From positions 19,592,001 through 19,656,000 of the forward strand of contig CM022670.1 of assembly GCA_012295275.1 (NCBI GenBank): a DNA stretch of 64,000 nt, given 5' to 3'. The position numbers and the translations under genes were made by a program. This document shows positions 13,699 through 30,560 of this stretch, piece after piece. Positions within the stretch are counted from its first letter, which is position 1, and the number at the start of each line of letters is the position of its first letter. Below the pieces are notes generated by a model. It was not told where the DNA came from and did not search any database. It saw only the letters and a program-made list of their open reading frames with translations. This stretch comes from Chrysomallon squamiferum (Eukaryota > Animalia > Mollusca).

Positions 13699-15273
13699 GT
13701 GAAGATTAAAAGTTTACTGAAATAATAACTCATTAAAGCGGAAATGGCGATGTTAACAGCAGTAGTATTACGTTATTGTTGCAACTGAAAATGCTGTATT
13801 ATGTGAAGTAAAGTAGAAATAACACTGTCATCAGAAGCTCTTGTAACAATTATGGTTAACTAAATATTGTGAACTAATAAAATTTATAACACGAAAATGA
13901 AAAGTATTAATTATATGCATTAAGAAAGCTAATACTTATTATCTTATTTCTTCTAAATTCCTTAACTGTATAACTGATATCACATAAAGAAATATAAGGT
14001 TCAGTTACCCTGAGAACAGTCATTCCCAGTCCAACCCGCCTGACATCCACCGTGACAAAAGCCAGTTTCGACATCGCACGATGATGTTGTCACAGCACAG
14101 TGACGTTCAGCACACAAGCTGCTGCAGTTGGAACCATACGTCACATCTCTTTGACATTCTGTTTACAATACAGGTAAACAATCAATATATAATACACAAC
14201 ATAATATTACATTACATTACAATATTTTATTTTATATTATATTGTGTAATATATATTATAATGTGTAGTAAATAACCATAAGTAAACAGATATAATTTTA
14301 AAATAACAGCAATAAAATGGTAAAACTTAACACTAATATATAAATTAATAAATAAATGAAATTAATGTGGATTAATTTTATAATATTTAACGAACATTTT
14401 ATTATACTCTCTATTAAAGATAAATATAACATGTCAAAAGTTGTCACAAATCGTTACTTGATAACTAGATTTATATTTATAATATAAATAAATAACAACA
14501 ACAACAACAACTATGAATCAAAATAATAAGATGTTTAAGCAATATTATGTAATGTAGTGATTATATCATATTCACAAAACCCTTATTTATATTTGCCCAT
14601 TTAAAGCAGAATATCTGTTACATTTTACCTTCAGTATATTATTATTTTACGGTAGTATTTGTTTAGCTATCTTGTATTATCATATTTATAATTTATATTT
14701 TTACAGTTCTTAAATGTTTACCTAATTAATATCAGAAAATGGGGATAAATACAAAAAATCTAAATGGCAGACCGTATGCAGACCTACATGGGCTATTTAG
14801 AAGTTGTATTATATAATTAGGGGAAGTTCCGTTATTTTATAAACTAGGAAGCACTAGGATTAACAAACTTAAAATGGGCATTAAAGCTGGAAAGTAAATT
14901 CAGAAAGGCTGTCTGTTTACTGAGCGCCTGCTCACTGATTATACAAGTAGTCGGCTCGCGTTTTGAACGAGAACTCACTTTGTCTGAGGGCCGTCTGCAC
15001 AAGACAAATGTTTTTTGTATGTAACATACATATTGAGTGATTGAAGATAGCTAAATCTATTACTGTTAGATTTTTATTGTGTTATTCTCTGGTACGTACT
15101 TACGCTTAAAATCTAAGATAACTTATGTTAATAATTAAAAGATTACTTAGAAAGATATAAACCAACTGGGATTAAGTAGTTTTGTATTATTTATCAACGC
15201 TTGTTTGCTTTTAAACTGTATCGTTCGAATCGTACGAGTTAACACTATGTTAACCTTGATGGTTTATATTTGT

Positions 15274-15312
<39 letters not shown>

Positions 15313-15823
15313 CAATTATCCATGTTGAATTTTTGTTTGAGTTATTATTCTCCTGTGGATACAGAATAGTCATTTAGTAGTTTAAGCTGACTGAGATAAT
15401 TAACACCTTGTCACGTGACACTATTATAGTCTGCTCCCCGTTAGACGGGACGAGCCAAATTTTCGGTATTAATATTACTCAGACTAGTCACCGTGACAAC
15501 GGTATAAAAGGTGGTATAGGTCGAATTCCCAATTCGTCGAAATAACTACTGAAATACCTGATTACCTCTGTATGTAATGTACATGGCCTCTTCATGTTCA
15601 TTTTGATTACAGACGGACAAGGGTTTATTTTCCAATATACATAAATTTGGTTTCTTTATTCTTTTTCTGCTGCCATAAGATTGGCACTTGATTCTAACAT
15701 TTTTTTGATAAATTGATTATGTAACATCAACCGAAAGCAGAACAAGCGTTCACTACTCATTTGTTGTAGATTATTTACTTTTTCAATCACAGCCAAGATG
15801 TTGCAGGTCGTGAGATCGATCTT

Positions 15824-15854
<31 letters not shown>

Positions 15855-15934
15855 TTATTATTATTATTATCATCATCATCATAATCATTTTTTTTAATGG
15901 AAAGGAAATTTTGATAAATTAGAAATGACCAGAT

Positions 15935-15965
<31 letters not shown>

Positions 15966-17134
15966 GTAATAATAACATCATAATAATAATAATAATGTTA
16001 ATGATGATGATATTGACGATGATTATGATCATGATAATAATAATTAAAAAAATCCTAAATTTTATGTACGATTAAAAACACGAATCACGGAGAAAATTCT
16101 AGATTTGTACAATATTTTACAACACTACCGATTACTGAACTTACTGAAGAAACATCAGACACACGTGTTTTTAATATGATATTTTTAAGATGAATACCTT
16201 CTCTTGTAATTATTTACATTCAGCTACATTCAGTACATAGATTATTTCGATATTTTCATATTTGCATACTTTATGCGATAAGCGTTATCCATACTATAGT
16301 AATACCTCGGATTAACGATGTAATTGGTAAATAGCCGATCGTTAAGCGTGAGACTGATTTACATAGAATTAAGGTTACAAATAGTTGTTACCTTCTTCGC
16401 GATTGAAATTTGACCTAAAAAAATGTTAAAAAAGGAGAAATAAAACGGCAATTTAGTAATAAACGATTTAATAGATAATAGATATTATACAAACAGTAAA
16501 TCATTTACAAATCAATTTATACAAATACATTAAGAAATAATTATATGCCGCTCATTGTGGATTTTGTGTTCATTTAAGATGTTTTTTGTTTCTAACGTTA
16601 TTGTCTTCCGTTTCTTTTTATAATCAGCATTCGCCGCTGTACTGTTATTCGTTTTGACATATTAGAAGGGTAAATTACAAAAGCGTTAAGTCTAAATGGA
16701 AGCAAAAGAGAAAAGAGAATCTGAACATCACAGGTACGTATGACGTCTGCATGTCAACTGATCAACATAACTGAGGGAAGCTTGCGAATGAACTAAAAAC
16801 GAACGAAAACGGACTTAAACGCATGCATTGAACTATTTGTACAATTTATTTCGAGCAATTAACTATTATATGTCTATTTATATAATTTGTAAAAAAAACA
16901 AAAAAAAACATCGTTAAAGCGAGATATTGTGTAAGCGAGGTATTACTGTATCTATACAATAACAATCGGTTTCCAAATAATCTGGAACAGTTCATTAAAA
17001 TGACTGAGGTAAAAACATCCATGTCAATAAGACCACTGAACCATATTTATCCTTTCGACAAACTGAGAATAGACCAGTTGGGAGTAAGCCGTATAAAACA
17101 GTAAAATATAATGTAATATAATGTAACATAACAT

Positions 17135-17167
<33 letters not shown>

Positions 17168-17775
17168 GCAAAAACAACAACAACAATTCTTTTAAAGAAA
17201 AATAATTATTACCTGTGCAGTCATTCCCTGTCCAACCAAATTCACATTGCCCAGAATCACAGTCACCTGTCTGTACATCACAAGATGAGTTTTCAACAGC
17301 ACAGTGACGATCTTCACAAAACTTACCACAGTTAGAGCCGTACGTGACATTCACCTCGCATGCTGCAGAAATTCAGTTATTTATATTTAAATCTGATGCA
17401 GCAGTATAGTCAACTATACACTTAACAACTATTACATTAAGAATCAGTGGTGATTAATATATTTCATGTTGTTAGTTGGTAAGTTTTCAGCTTTCTCTTC
17501 GTTAACACATAAAATATTTAAAAGCTGTATATTAAGAATAAATAAAACATGAAATATATTTTTATTAAAAGCTAAATTTATTTATATATTGATCGTAATA
17601 AGCAGTTGATATCTGGTTCAAATCTAATAATATTAAATATTATTTAAATAATAAAAATAATAATTAACAACGATGAATATTGTAATATTTCTCATGAAAA
17701 TAAATGTAAATGCTTCAGAAATTTCATTATAAACATATTAAATAACTTGCACATCTAGATGCATATATACATACA

Positions 17776-17811
<36 letters not shown>

Positions 17812-18414
17812 TATATACATGCATACATGATTACATACATACATATATACATACATACACAGAAAGAAATACATATTACTTATAGCAGAGTCTGTTTATA
17901 CCTGTCGTACAGTCACGCCCACTCCAGCCTTTCTCACATCCTCCGCCACACTCTCCGGTTTCAACGTCGCACGACGAAGTCAGATTTACACAATGGCGAT
18001 CAGAACACAAATTTCTGCAGTTCAAGCCGTAAGTTACATTCCATGAGCATTCTATTGGAATGAAATCAAATATAATAAATTAAAGTAAATTAAAGTTAAA
18101 GTTAAAATTAAAATTAAAATTAAATAAATTACAACGAAATATAAATTGCAAAGAAAGTAAAATGAATTAAAATAAAATTTGAAAACTAATAAACATTATT
18201 AATTTTAAACTTGAAAGTAAAATGAAAGAACATTTTCTGACTTACCTTTTCCATATGAAATATTGTGAGTAAATTTGTACGTTCAGCTTGTATAGTTTAA
18301 TAATGTTCCCATGAAAATAAACCCCCTGATGTTTTATTAAGGCCTCATTATGATAAATTTTAAAATACAAAATGCTAAATATAATTATAGACATCACTTA
18401 TAAATATTATTTCT

Positions 18415-18449
<35 letters not shown>

Positions 18450-19452
18450 AATTAAGTGTACCTGTACAATCAAGCCCTGACCAGCCGTACTGGCACACAC
18501 CAGAATCACATGCACCTGTCTGTGTATCACAAGAGGATGTTGTGACGTCACAGTGTCTGTTGTTACATAGTTTCTCACAGTCAGGACCATACGTTACGTT
18601 CTGCTCACATTCTAGAAAAGAATAATGATATTAAATGTGTATGAGTGTTGAAAAATAGAAAAATAACAGTTCGCCTAAAACGTGACGAATCATTATGACA
18701 ATCCTACTTGATATAAATAATGAAGAATAATTGGCAAGAAGAAAAATAAAGATTTTAAAGGATCTTGAGCAATTAAATGTATAAAGTGTACGTTTTAAGT
18801 TAAAAGATAAACAGCTGAAATATATTCTACGTATTTCCAAGTTATGTTTTGTTTAATATATGTCGTCCAATTTTAATTGATATTAAAGCTTAATAACACA
18901 AATATTTGAGCGCCATCAACTTTAATTTAGAATTTCTTCAAGTTTAGTCAAATAAACATCTATCAGTCCGCTATGAATGCGATGACATCATAAATCCAGT
19001 TGTGAAGTGTTTTAGTTGTAATGTATTATTTTACTGTTGTTCGTTATTATGAGCTATATGATAGGACGCCCAAAAGAATCAAATAATAACTTTCAATTAA
19101 AAAAAAATGTTCTTTGACCATTTATATATACCGTCCTAGGTATAAAATTTATAATACGTTATTAACTGAACAGTGTATTTATTTATTTATTTATTTGTTT
19201 GTTTGTTTGTTTGTTTGACCTGAGCAATCGGATCCCATCCAGCCTGGTTGACATCCTCCGTCCTCGCATGTTCCTGAGCGCACATCGCAAGTGGAATTTT
19301 CTTCAGCGCAGTGACGTAAATCACAAAACTTTTCACATTTAGATCCATATTTCACATTAATTTCACACCCTGAGCAGAAACAAAGATAATATTCTCTTAA
19401 TATTTTCGTAAAAGTACTATTATTCCTAGTAAAGTACATGGCTGGGAAGGTC

Positions 19453-19485
<33 letters not shown>

Positions 19486-19931
19486 GCATTTGAATACAAC
19501 ATCAAGATTATTTTGAAACTGCTACACAGAAGAGAAACGTTAACTGTTACATAAACCTATTAATCAAAACAATCACTCATTTGAACGGTTTACATTCCAG
19601 CATAATGAACGCTGTTAACTTCCACTGAAACCAAACAGAGTCTAACAAGTAAGCACAGAACAATATTAAATGCCATTACGCATATCTGACATTTTAATGT
19701 TAATTAATACACGGAGTTTTATCTTACATACATATATTAATTTTAATTATCTGCTGAGAAAGTGCTTTTATTAACAGGCTAAATAATCAATTAGACATGG
19801 TATTTATTTTCAGTCTTATTTGCTGGTTATAATGATGATGATGATGATGGTGATGGTGATGACTTTTATTATTACTATCATCATCATCATTATCATCATT
19901 CTTATTATTATTGTTATTATTATTATTGTTG

Positions 19932-19982
<51 letters not shown>

Positions 19983-20296
19983 CTTCTCACCAAAAACTTT
20001 GACTTCACAAAAATCCAGACTAGTGAAATAGCGGTTGTCCGTATCTTGGTAGACAGTGACATATCTTGCGGTTGTTTTACAAGTAATACATGTCACGTCT
20101 TTGATGTCAGAACCGTCTGGATTGCCGATCACTTGACCGCACTTGTGTCCATTGTTTGCCTGCTGAGGAAGCGTTGATGTGTACAAAGTGATCCCATTCC
20201 TTCTGAGCTTATCTGAATAACAATAATAATAATAAGAATAATAATAATAATAATAATAAGAAGAAGAAGAAGAATCAGAAATTATCATTATCATAA

Positions 20297-20351
<55 letters not shown>

Positions 20352-20981
20352 ATTATTATTATTAAATTTATTAATGAGTTAGTCTCCTCAGATGTAAAAT
20401 AAAAAATAAAAAAATATGTTTTTGTACGAGACAATTTATTCCATTAATATCCAGAATAATAATAGGAAATGTATTTTATACTTACTCTGTATTGCAAAGA
20501 AGATTTTTACTTGATTAATAAAATATTCCTTTCCTAAGTCCACTTCCCACCATGTAAAAGGTTCTCGTGCATTAGTGAGTATGCAATGTCGTTTATTGTT
20601 AGAACCATCGTTACCGTATTTGGCTGACTCTTCGAATCCAGGATAGTAGGAACTTTGATAGGATAACTTTCCTTTAGCCACATTTACTTTATAAAATAGA
20701 AAAGAAACAATAACAATGAATGACTTCTACTACTACAACCACTACTATTGGTATTAGGACTCCAACAACAACTTCTTCTATTACTACTATAACTGCAACA
20801 ACAGTTAATGCTACTATTCTGCTTTTAATAAGACAAATCAAATGAAACAAAAGAAAACGTGTATTCTATTGACTAATGTAACTAATTACAAAATAAAGTT
20901 TGAACATAACCGCTAGGACATCAGATGCTGCTGTATGTATGCATGTGGGTGTATATGTATGCACAGGTGTGTGTATGTATG

Positions 20982-21030
<49 letters not shown>

Positions 21031-21527
21031 GTATGTATGTATGTATGTATGTATGTATGTATATGTTTGCATATATGTCGTCTCTCACTCTATGTGTAAG
21101 TATAGTCATACGTATCTGTTATATGTGATTGGATATCAGTATATGTATCGAAGAGAAAGCTGAAAACTTATCAATATATGTATGCGTTCATGTATTCGCT
21201 TTATCAAAATGTATAATGTATGTATGTATTATGCATGTATTTATGTATCTATGGTTATATGTAAGTATGTATGTATATATGTGTGTATGTATATATCTTG
21301 TATGTTTATATTTTGTATATGGGTATGTGCATGCATACATGTTTTAAGTGGAACATAATGTTTGAAATGTTGTCCCCGCACCTTTAACACAAAATATAAA
21401 ACAAAATTAACATCGTTCTTAAACAGCAAAAAATTGTGAATAACTTACTAAATCTAGCAGACGTTCTGTCTTCCTGAAGAAACAAAATGAAGAGAAGAAA
21501 AGCGAAATCCATCCAGTTTAGATTCAT
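10025..21527 (-). CDS. Type I membrane receptor (gene 1): signal peptide, F-type lectin (fucolectin/F5_8-like) domain, 11 EGF-like repeats (MEGF10/SCARF-type), TM, short acidic cytoplasmic tail; about 816 aa, 16 coding exons
   Basis: GT-AG exons with compatible phases and no stops. Signal exon 21527-21449 ([26 protein letters not shown]). FTLD exons 20686-20486 ([12 protein letters not shown]...NDG...WWEVDLG) and 20212-19991 (...ARYVTVY...LDFCEVKVF). EGF exons 19369-19220, 18611-18462, 18051-17902, 17362-17213, 14158-14009, 13511-13365, 13080-12934, 12703-12557, 12105-11965, 11631-11488, 11193-11050, each of the form C..YG..C...C..RHC....CD..TG.C..GC..GW.G..C. TM exon 10786-10696 ([19 protein letters not shown]). 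Tail 10262-10025. Confidence 0.88.
10917..10990. repeat. (TC)n microsatellite
   Basis: Read directly from the sequence. Confidence 0.95.
13614..13691. repeat. (AG)n microsatellite
   Basis: Read directly from the sequence. Confidence 0.95.
14550..15498 (+). mobile_element. Possible solo LTR remnant (left boundary uncertain)
   Basis: Lies in the largest intron of gene 1 and ends ...acgagccaaatttt...caccgtgaca, resembling the end of the 6471 element. No target site duplication found. Confidence 0.3.
16297..16948. mobile_element. Tigger-like MITE in a gene 1 intron
   Basis: TA-tagtaatacctcg ... cgaggtattactg-TA inverted ends (12 of 13 matching), with subterminal atcgtta(a)agcg motifs at both ends. 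Confidence 0.7.
19991..20686 (-). other. F-type lectin (FTP/fucolectin) domain exons of gene 1
   Basis: 201-nt and 222-nt phase-1 exons with the FTLD signatures NVA.GK..QSS, A..GNDG, WWEVDLG, ARYV and LDFCEV. Confidence 0.85.
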
Positions 21528-22082
21528 TATGACAGCGATAAGGAAAATATTTAGCGATATACACTATTTATGTAGAGTTAATATTCATTTATGTATATAA
21601 GCAGACTGAGAAAATCAACTTGAGTAAAAATAGCTCCACTGTTGTTATTTATATGTCAAGTGAAGTTACACTGAAAACGGGAGAAGATTTATTGTTAAAC
21701 CGGGAAGTTTATATCTAGAAATTTGTATTGCGGGTTCTTGTTAACTTTGTCCTGAATAAACATTTTTAAAACGAAATAACAGCAGCAGTGTTGTCTTAGT
21801 AGCAAGAATTGAAGTTGTAATTGTTACAGTTACATTAATGGAGTTATAATAGTTGTCACTGTTGTTTTATTAGTAGTAGGTGTTTTTGTTGTATTAATGG
21901 TAAGGGTAATGGAAACAATGCAAGTATTAGTGCAAAAAGAGTTGTAGTGACAGTGGTTGTATTAAAGACAAATTATGATTATTATTATTATTAGTTGTAG
22001 TAATGGTAGTTCGAGTATAGTTATTTGTGTAGTATTATTATTATATTAGTAGTAGTACTAGTAGTAGTAGTAGAAGTAGTAC

Positions 22083-22116
<34 letters not shown>

Positions 22117-22308
22117 TATTTTTGGTGATAGTGACATGGTAGTGATGAATATATTATATTAATGACCATTGCAAATATAATGACTAACAAATATCTTCTC
22201 TTTACTAAAATAAAACATTCATTACACTGGTTGCACACATTTCAGTCTACTTTTTTTTTCATAATTAATTATTTCTCTTCAAGTCATAAATCAAAAGAAA
22301 CATAGACC

Positions 22309-22412
<104 letters not shown>

Positions 22413-24298
22413 AGTGTGTCTGTGTGTGTATGTGTATGTGATTGTGTCTGTCACGCGAGACAAACAGGAGACAAACTATCCTGAACCACTTTGTTTAATA
22501 ATGTTAGAAGATCATACAATATTAAATTTCCATTAGCCTGTTTCCTGCTTTTCAGTGTACATGGATATATATATATAGGATACAAACAACATTTTTGTTT
22601 GCGAATCTGCCAACAACATAAAGTGGTTTATAATTGTTGTAGAAATATATTGTCTCTGCATAACAGGAAGAACGGAACAAATTAGAACAAACACTTGAAC
22701 GCAATTGAAAATGTTTCAGCCATTGTCCAAACGTTGCAGTATAGAGATTGCTATAACCCCTCGTTTTTCCTAATGCTGTTTTACTTAGGGACATATCTTC
22801 ATTCTGTATAGGGGTAGGTTCGATTAATGTATTCCCTTGTGCATAATTCATAAAAGCTACTAAAGGTCACGTTTATATACCTGAGAAATGTCTTATTACA
22901 GGCTCCAATTTTCTCATTGCCCATTGTTAAATATTTCTGGATCAGATAATTGTTTTATCCAAGACGATGAAATGTGCTCCCGGCATATGCAGAAATGATT
23001 TGAATGATACTTTGATGAAAACTACACATGAAGTGTCAATGACAGATTTCGCCTCTAAATGTATTATTATATAATAAATAGTATTTATCTGTTTATCTGT
23101 CTGTCTATCAACATACACATACTCACATACACACACATAGATATACATACATATGTATCGTAACACAAAAGTCTCATTATTACCATCCAGTACTGAAAAC
23201 GATTTAGTCCGCCTTGATAATCGACCAGCGTTCGAGTATCGTCAGCGGCATCTGACATTTGATACTCCATAACTGAAGAACTGTGCCAGCTACAGTATTT
23301 TCTATATGCGAGTCTACTGAGACATACGTATGATAACTAACTAACTAACTAAATAAATAAATAAATAATATCGTAAATACTAATTAGTTCAAACTGTTAT
23401 GAAATGTTAATTGAAATAATATAATCTACACTAACAAGCAAATTTAAAGGATTTATTTTCGAAACTAATAAATATGAACCACATCTACATTAATTTGTTT
23501 GTGTATGCCCATTGCTAATGTCACTGTTTTATTCATTTACACTATTATTTGGTCCAGCATCACTGTCTTAAAATATGTTTTTTTGTTGAGAAAAATATCT
23601 GCAATGTATTTCATTGATTTCAGTCGAATAATGAAATCTCTGCATTATTATGCCACAAAAAACCACTATTAAAAATGGATTTGTTCGTTTTTTTTTACTT
23701 TCATTCTTTTGTTGTTCTTGTTGTTGTATTGTTTTATTATTATATCTTTGTTTTACTGAAAGGTCTTCTGTGTTCTGCAACTGTTATCTGAGTGCTTTCA
23801 AGTTCTTCATTTGTCCATGTGCGTTTGCATTTTATCTAACTTCATTATTTATTAAAAGAAAACACACTAAAGAAATATTAGAATACACTAGTAGACACTA
23901 ATTGAGTTTCACAGTTTTGGTTCGTTACTCTGAACCATCTTAAATGTTTTGATGTATAAATTCATAACGAAACAATGAAGATATAATTTCATATTCGCTG
24001 TACAAATTGTTTCATAATTGATTTTTATTTTCTGCTCTTTAACAATATTGTGAACAGCATAAAAATTTAATAGCGAGAACACAAAGACATACGCATACTT
24101 GGGTAAACTTATAAAAAAACGCCACCAAAAGACTGAAGTTGAAAAAACTCACATTAATTATAAACATATAAGTATTGTGTTTTCTGCTTCAATCGCACAA
24201 CCTTTTTCGAATTTTTACAGAGAAGAAGCAGTCACTGAAACAAAATAACTAAGCCATCCTGTTGAAATCAAACATTTGTGACTGTGCTGTCAGTAACT

Positions 24299-27334
<3,036 letters not shown>

Positions 27335-28453
27335 TTAATTTAATCATGTTTATAATTGTAACACAAATGACAGTCATTATAAAGGTACATTTCGGATTCT
27401 TATCGTCCACTATTTATTAGCACTAATTAATCACATGCAAACAACTATCTTTAGTAAACTCTCTAAAGTAACTTAGACAAAATAAGTTAAAGAGTACCTT
27501 TAGTTGTATTTGTTTAATTATAATATTTATTATTAGCAAAGAATGGTCGCCACAACCTGAATGTAAATCTCTTCATTTACACATTTCACCTAATTCCCAT
27601 TAAAGGAAACATTAGAATAACAATAAAAAAATAAAAAAATACATACTGCTTTAATGTTAAAATCACCAGTCTTTACTTCATTATTTAACTCATTATGATG
27701 TTTTAGCAATATAATTAAATATTCAACAAAAGTTTATCTACTACCAAAATTGTACATTTTCGTCTTTTGTTTTCATTTTTATATGTATGACGTAAGTAAA
27801 TTTCTTTTACTTGATTCCTAAATCTTTAGTATATCTTTATCTGCATTTTTCAAATTATTGTTCATCTTACTGCTTAATGACTATAAATAATTATATTATG
27901 ATAAAATATTTAATTATTTGCTCAAAGCAGATTAAATCATCAAATTTTAAAAATTCGTTAATTCTCAATTTTATTTAAAATAAATAAATAAATAAATAAA
28001 AATTTCACAGTTCGACTCATATGGGCCTTTAAATATTAAAGCAGTTTATGCATATATAAATTACTGTGGTTTGATACTTTACTGCAAAATGATATTTTAA
28101 ATGCATTAGTATGCGTCTTAGAAGCAAAATAAAATATTAAATCGTAAGTGTATGCTCTATGGTAATGAATTTACATATCTGTTGCTGCTACTAATATTAC
28201 TACTACTACCATCACTATTGCTACTATTATTATTAATTATTATTAACACAGTTTCTACTTTGTTATTGCTGTCGTTTCTTTAGTGTTTTTGTATTCATGT
28301 AGTAGCTAAAGGTGGTAATGTTGTTGTTCTTTGATGTTTCACTGATATTGTATTCTGACAGTTTTTATAATGTAATAAATACAAATTATAAAAACAATGT
28401 TAAAAATGTTTATATTATTCTAATTGCATCAGTTATATGAATCCTGATTTACC

Positions 28454-28574
<121 letters not shown>

Positions 28575-30560
28575 TGCTATTCTTAATTTTAATAATAACC
28601 TTTCTGTGAGTGACGGAGAATTTTCTAAGCACAAAATCACTTCTTTCCTCTTTTGCAGTCACAGAAATATAACCTCAAACATTATTTAGTGTTTTGTTTT
28701 CTGAGTAATTCTGCTATAGAATGTTAATATCAATGTTCAAGTAAAACGTGTATTAGTTTTACAGTAAATATTCATATATGCGTCTCTTTCAAACCATTTA
28801 CGTACTGAAAAAGAGGTCAAATGTGTCTTCTTGACAACGACGTCGTAATTACATGTTGTAGACAATAGTTTCTAGACAAGCTTCTTAAAACATCATTATT
28901 TGGAAGAACAAAACAGTCATGTAGGCAAAATACTTTATTTGTTTTCTTTGTTAGTGTACAAACTCGTCTTTATGTGCATATGTTTACAAAAGGAAACAAA
29001 CAGAAACTGAAATAAAGAAAAAGATCTATAATATCGCTTTAATATCTATTCACCATGTTACAAGTATGAACTCGCTTTGTTATCAAACAGTTGTTAAGCT
29101 TATTAACATTATAGCTTTTGCCATCGTTCATCATTTAAGACTAGAGCTAAATTAAGTTAAGTGTTTGAAAACTGCATGCAAGTAATACAGATGGATCTGG
29201 TTGTGAACTTTAAAGCTATAAAATGGAGATAGAAATTTTATGTTATAAATAAATAGATAAATAAATAAATAATACATTAGAATTAATAACTGAAATTTAT
29301 TGCATACTGTTACTATTAACATATCACTAAAATACAGCGCTAAGATATACTTCACCTTCGACTGATTCTTAAACTAAACAATTGCTGCTAAAGATTCTTT
29401 CCTTTTTCTTCTTTTTTAATATTGTTAATATTATATTTTGTTAAAGAGAAGGGAAAATAGTTTCATACATTGGTTGCATTGTAAATTCGATTACGCAAAG
29501 CCATTCATGAAAAATAAAACAATCCAGGACATGCTATTTGAACCAGAAAAAGACTTAGAATCACAAGGATTACATTTAATACTTTACTTTAAATTTCATT
29601 TCATTTTGGAAATATTCTGTAATTTAGAATGCAGTTTTATTATGACAAAAAACCGAAGAAACAAAAATAACATTAAAAAAAAGCAGTCAAAGAAAACACT
29701 ATAAAGTATTCATTTGATGTTAATAAGTGTTTTTCACTCGAAATAACCATTCTGATATTGTAATTAAAGTAATAACATTTTTCGTTACTTGATCACAGAC
29801 GTCCATGTCAATGAATAACGTATAATGTTTTTTCATTTGAGGATTAATGGTGAGAATAGAATTAATTATTTGTGAAAATTTATTTATCACATTTTGTTAA
29901 CAGATATTTTTGCTGTAACCAGTGTAATCTTCTGTATTGTAGTATTTTGTATACAAAATGTTTCAAAGGATAAACGAGTTCATATATGGATTTTTGATAA
30001 AGAGTCACACATGATGTGATTTAGTCCTTTAATATGTTTTTGTTGTCCCCAGTTTGACAACAAAAGACATTATTGATTATTACAAGGTAACAAGGTAACC
30101 GTTGTCAGATCTAGCAAAATAAAAAGATTTCATTGACAAATCGTATTGTTGTTTCCACACAAGATATTGACCAATTTCAAAGGTACTTCAGAATCCTCTG
30201 CAACAATTTATATGGTTTCTCATCTGATCTAATTCAACACATTTTGGATACTGGCACATTTGGTTAAGAACAAAATTAGATATCAGTAGCCACAAAGCTT
30301 CTACTATTCAAGGACAAAGATTTGTTTGAAATGTGTCGATACGAGTTTAGAGATGCAACTTTTTTTAACGAAATTTAGAAGTTAAATATTTTAACAAATC
30401 TATCGCTGAAAATCACAAATCAGTTATTCCAAAAATATGAATAAATAAAAGAGATTAGAAATAGATAAATGTATTTAAGTGCCAGATTTTTTATGTAATT
30501 AAAAATCACATTTACTGTTTTTATCGACTAGACTTCAAGCAACGAAAATCATTTCATGCC

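Noticed and set aside
22552-23300. Minus-strand ORFs and an exon-like segment (about 23190-23290) between gene 1 and lectin A
   Set aside because: No recognisable domain and no consistent splice chain; a coding call cannot be supported.
23750-23840. Minus-strand peptide KCKRTWTNEELESTQITVAEH, faintly psq-HTH-like
   Set aside because: Too short, with no inverted repeats or continuation.
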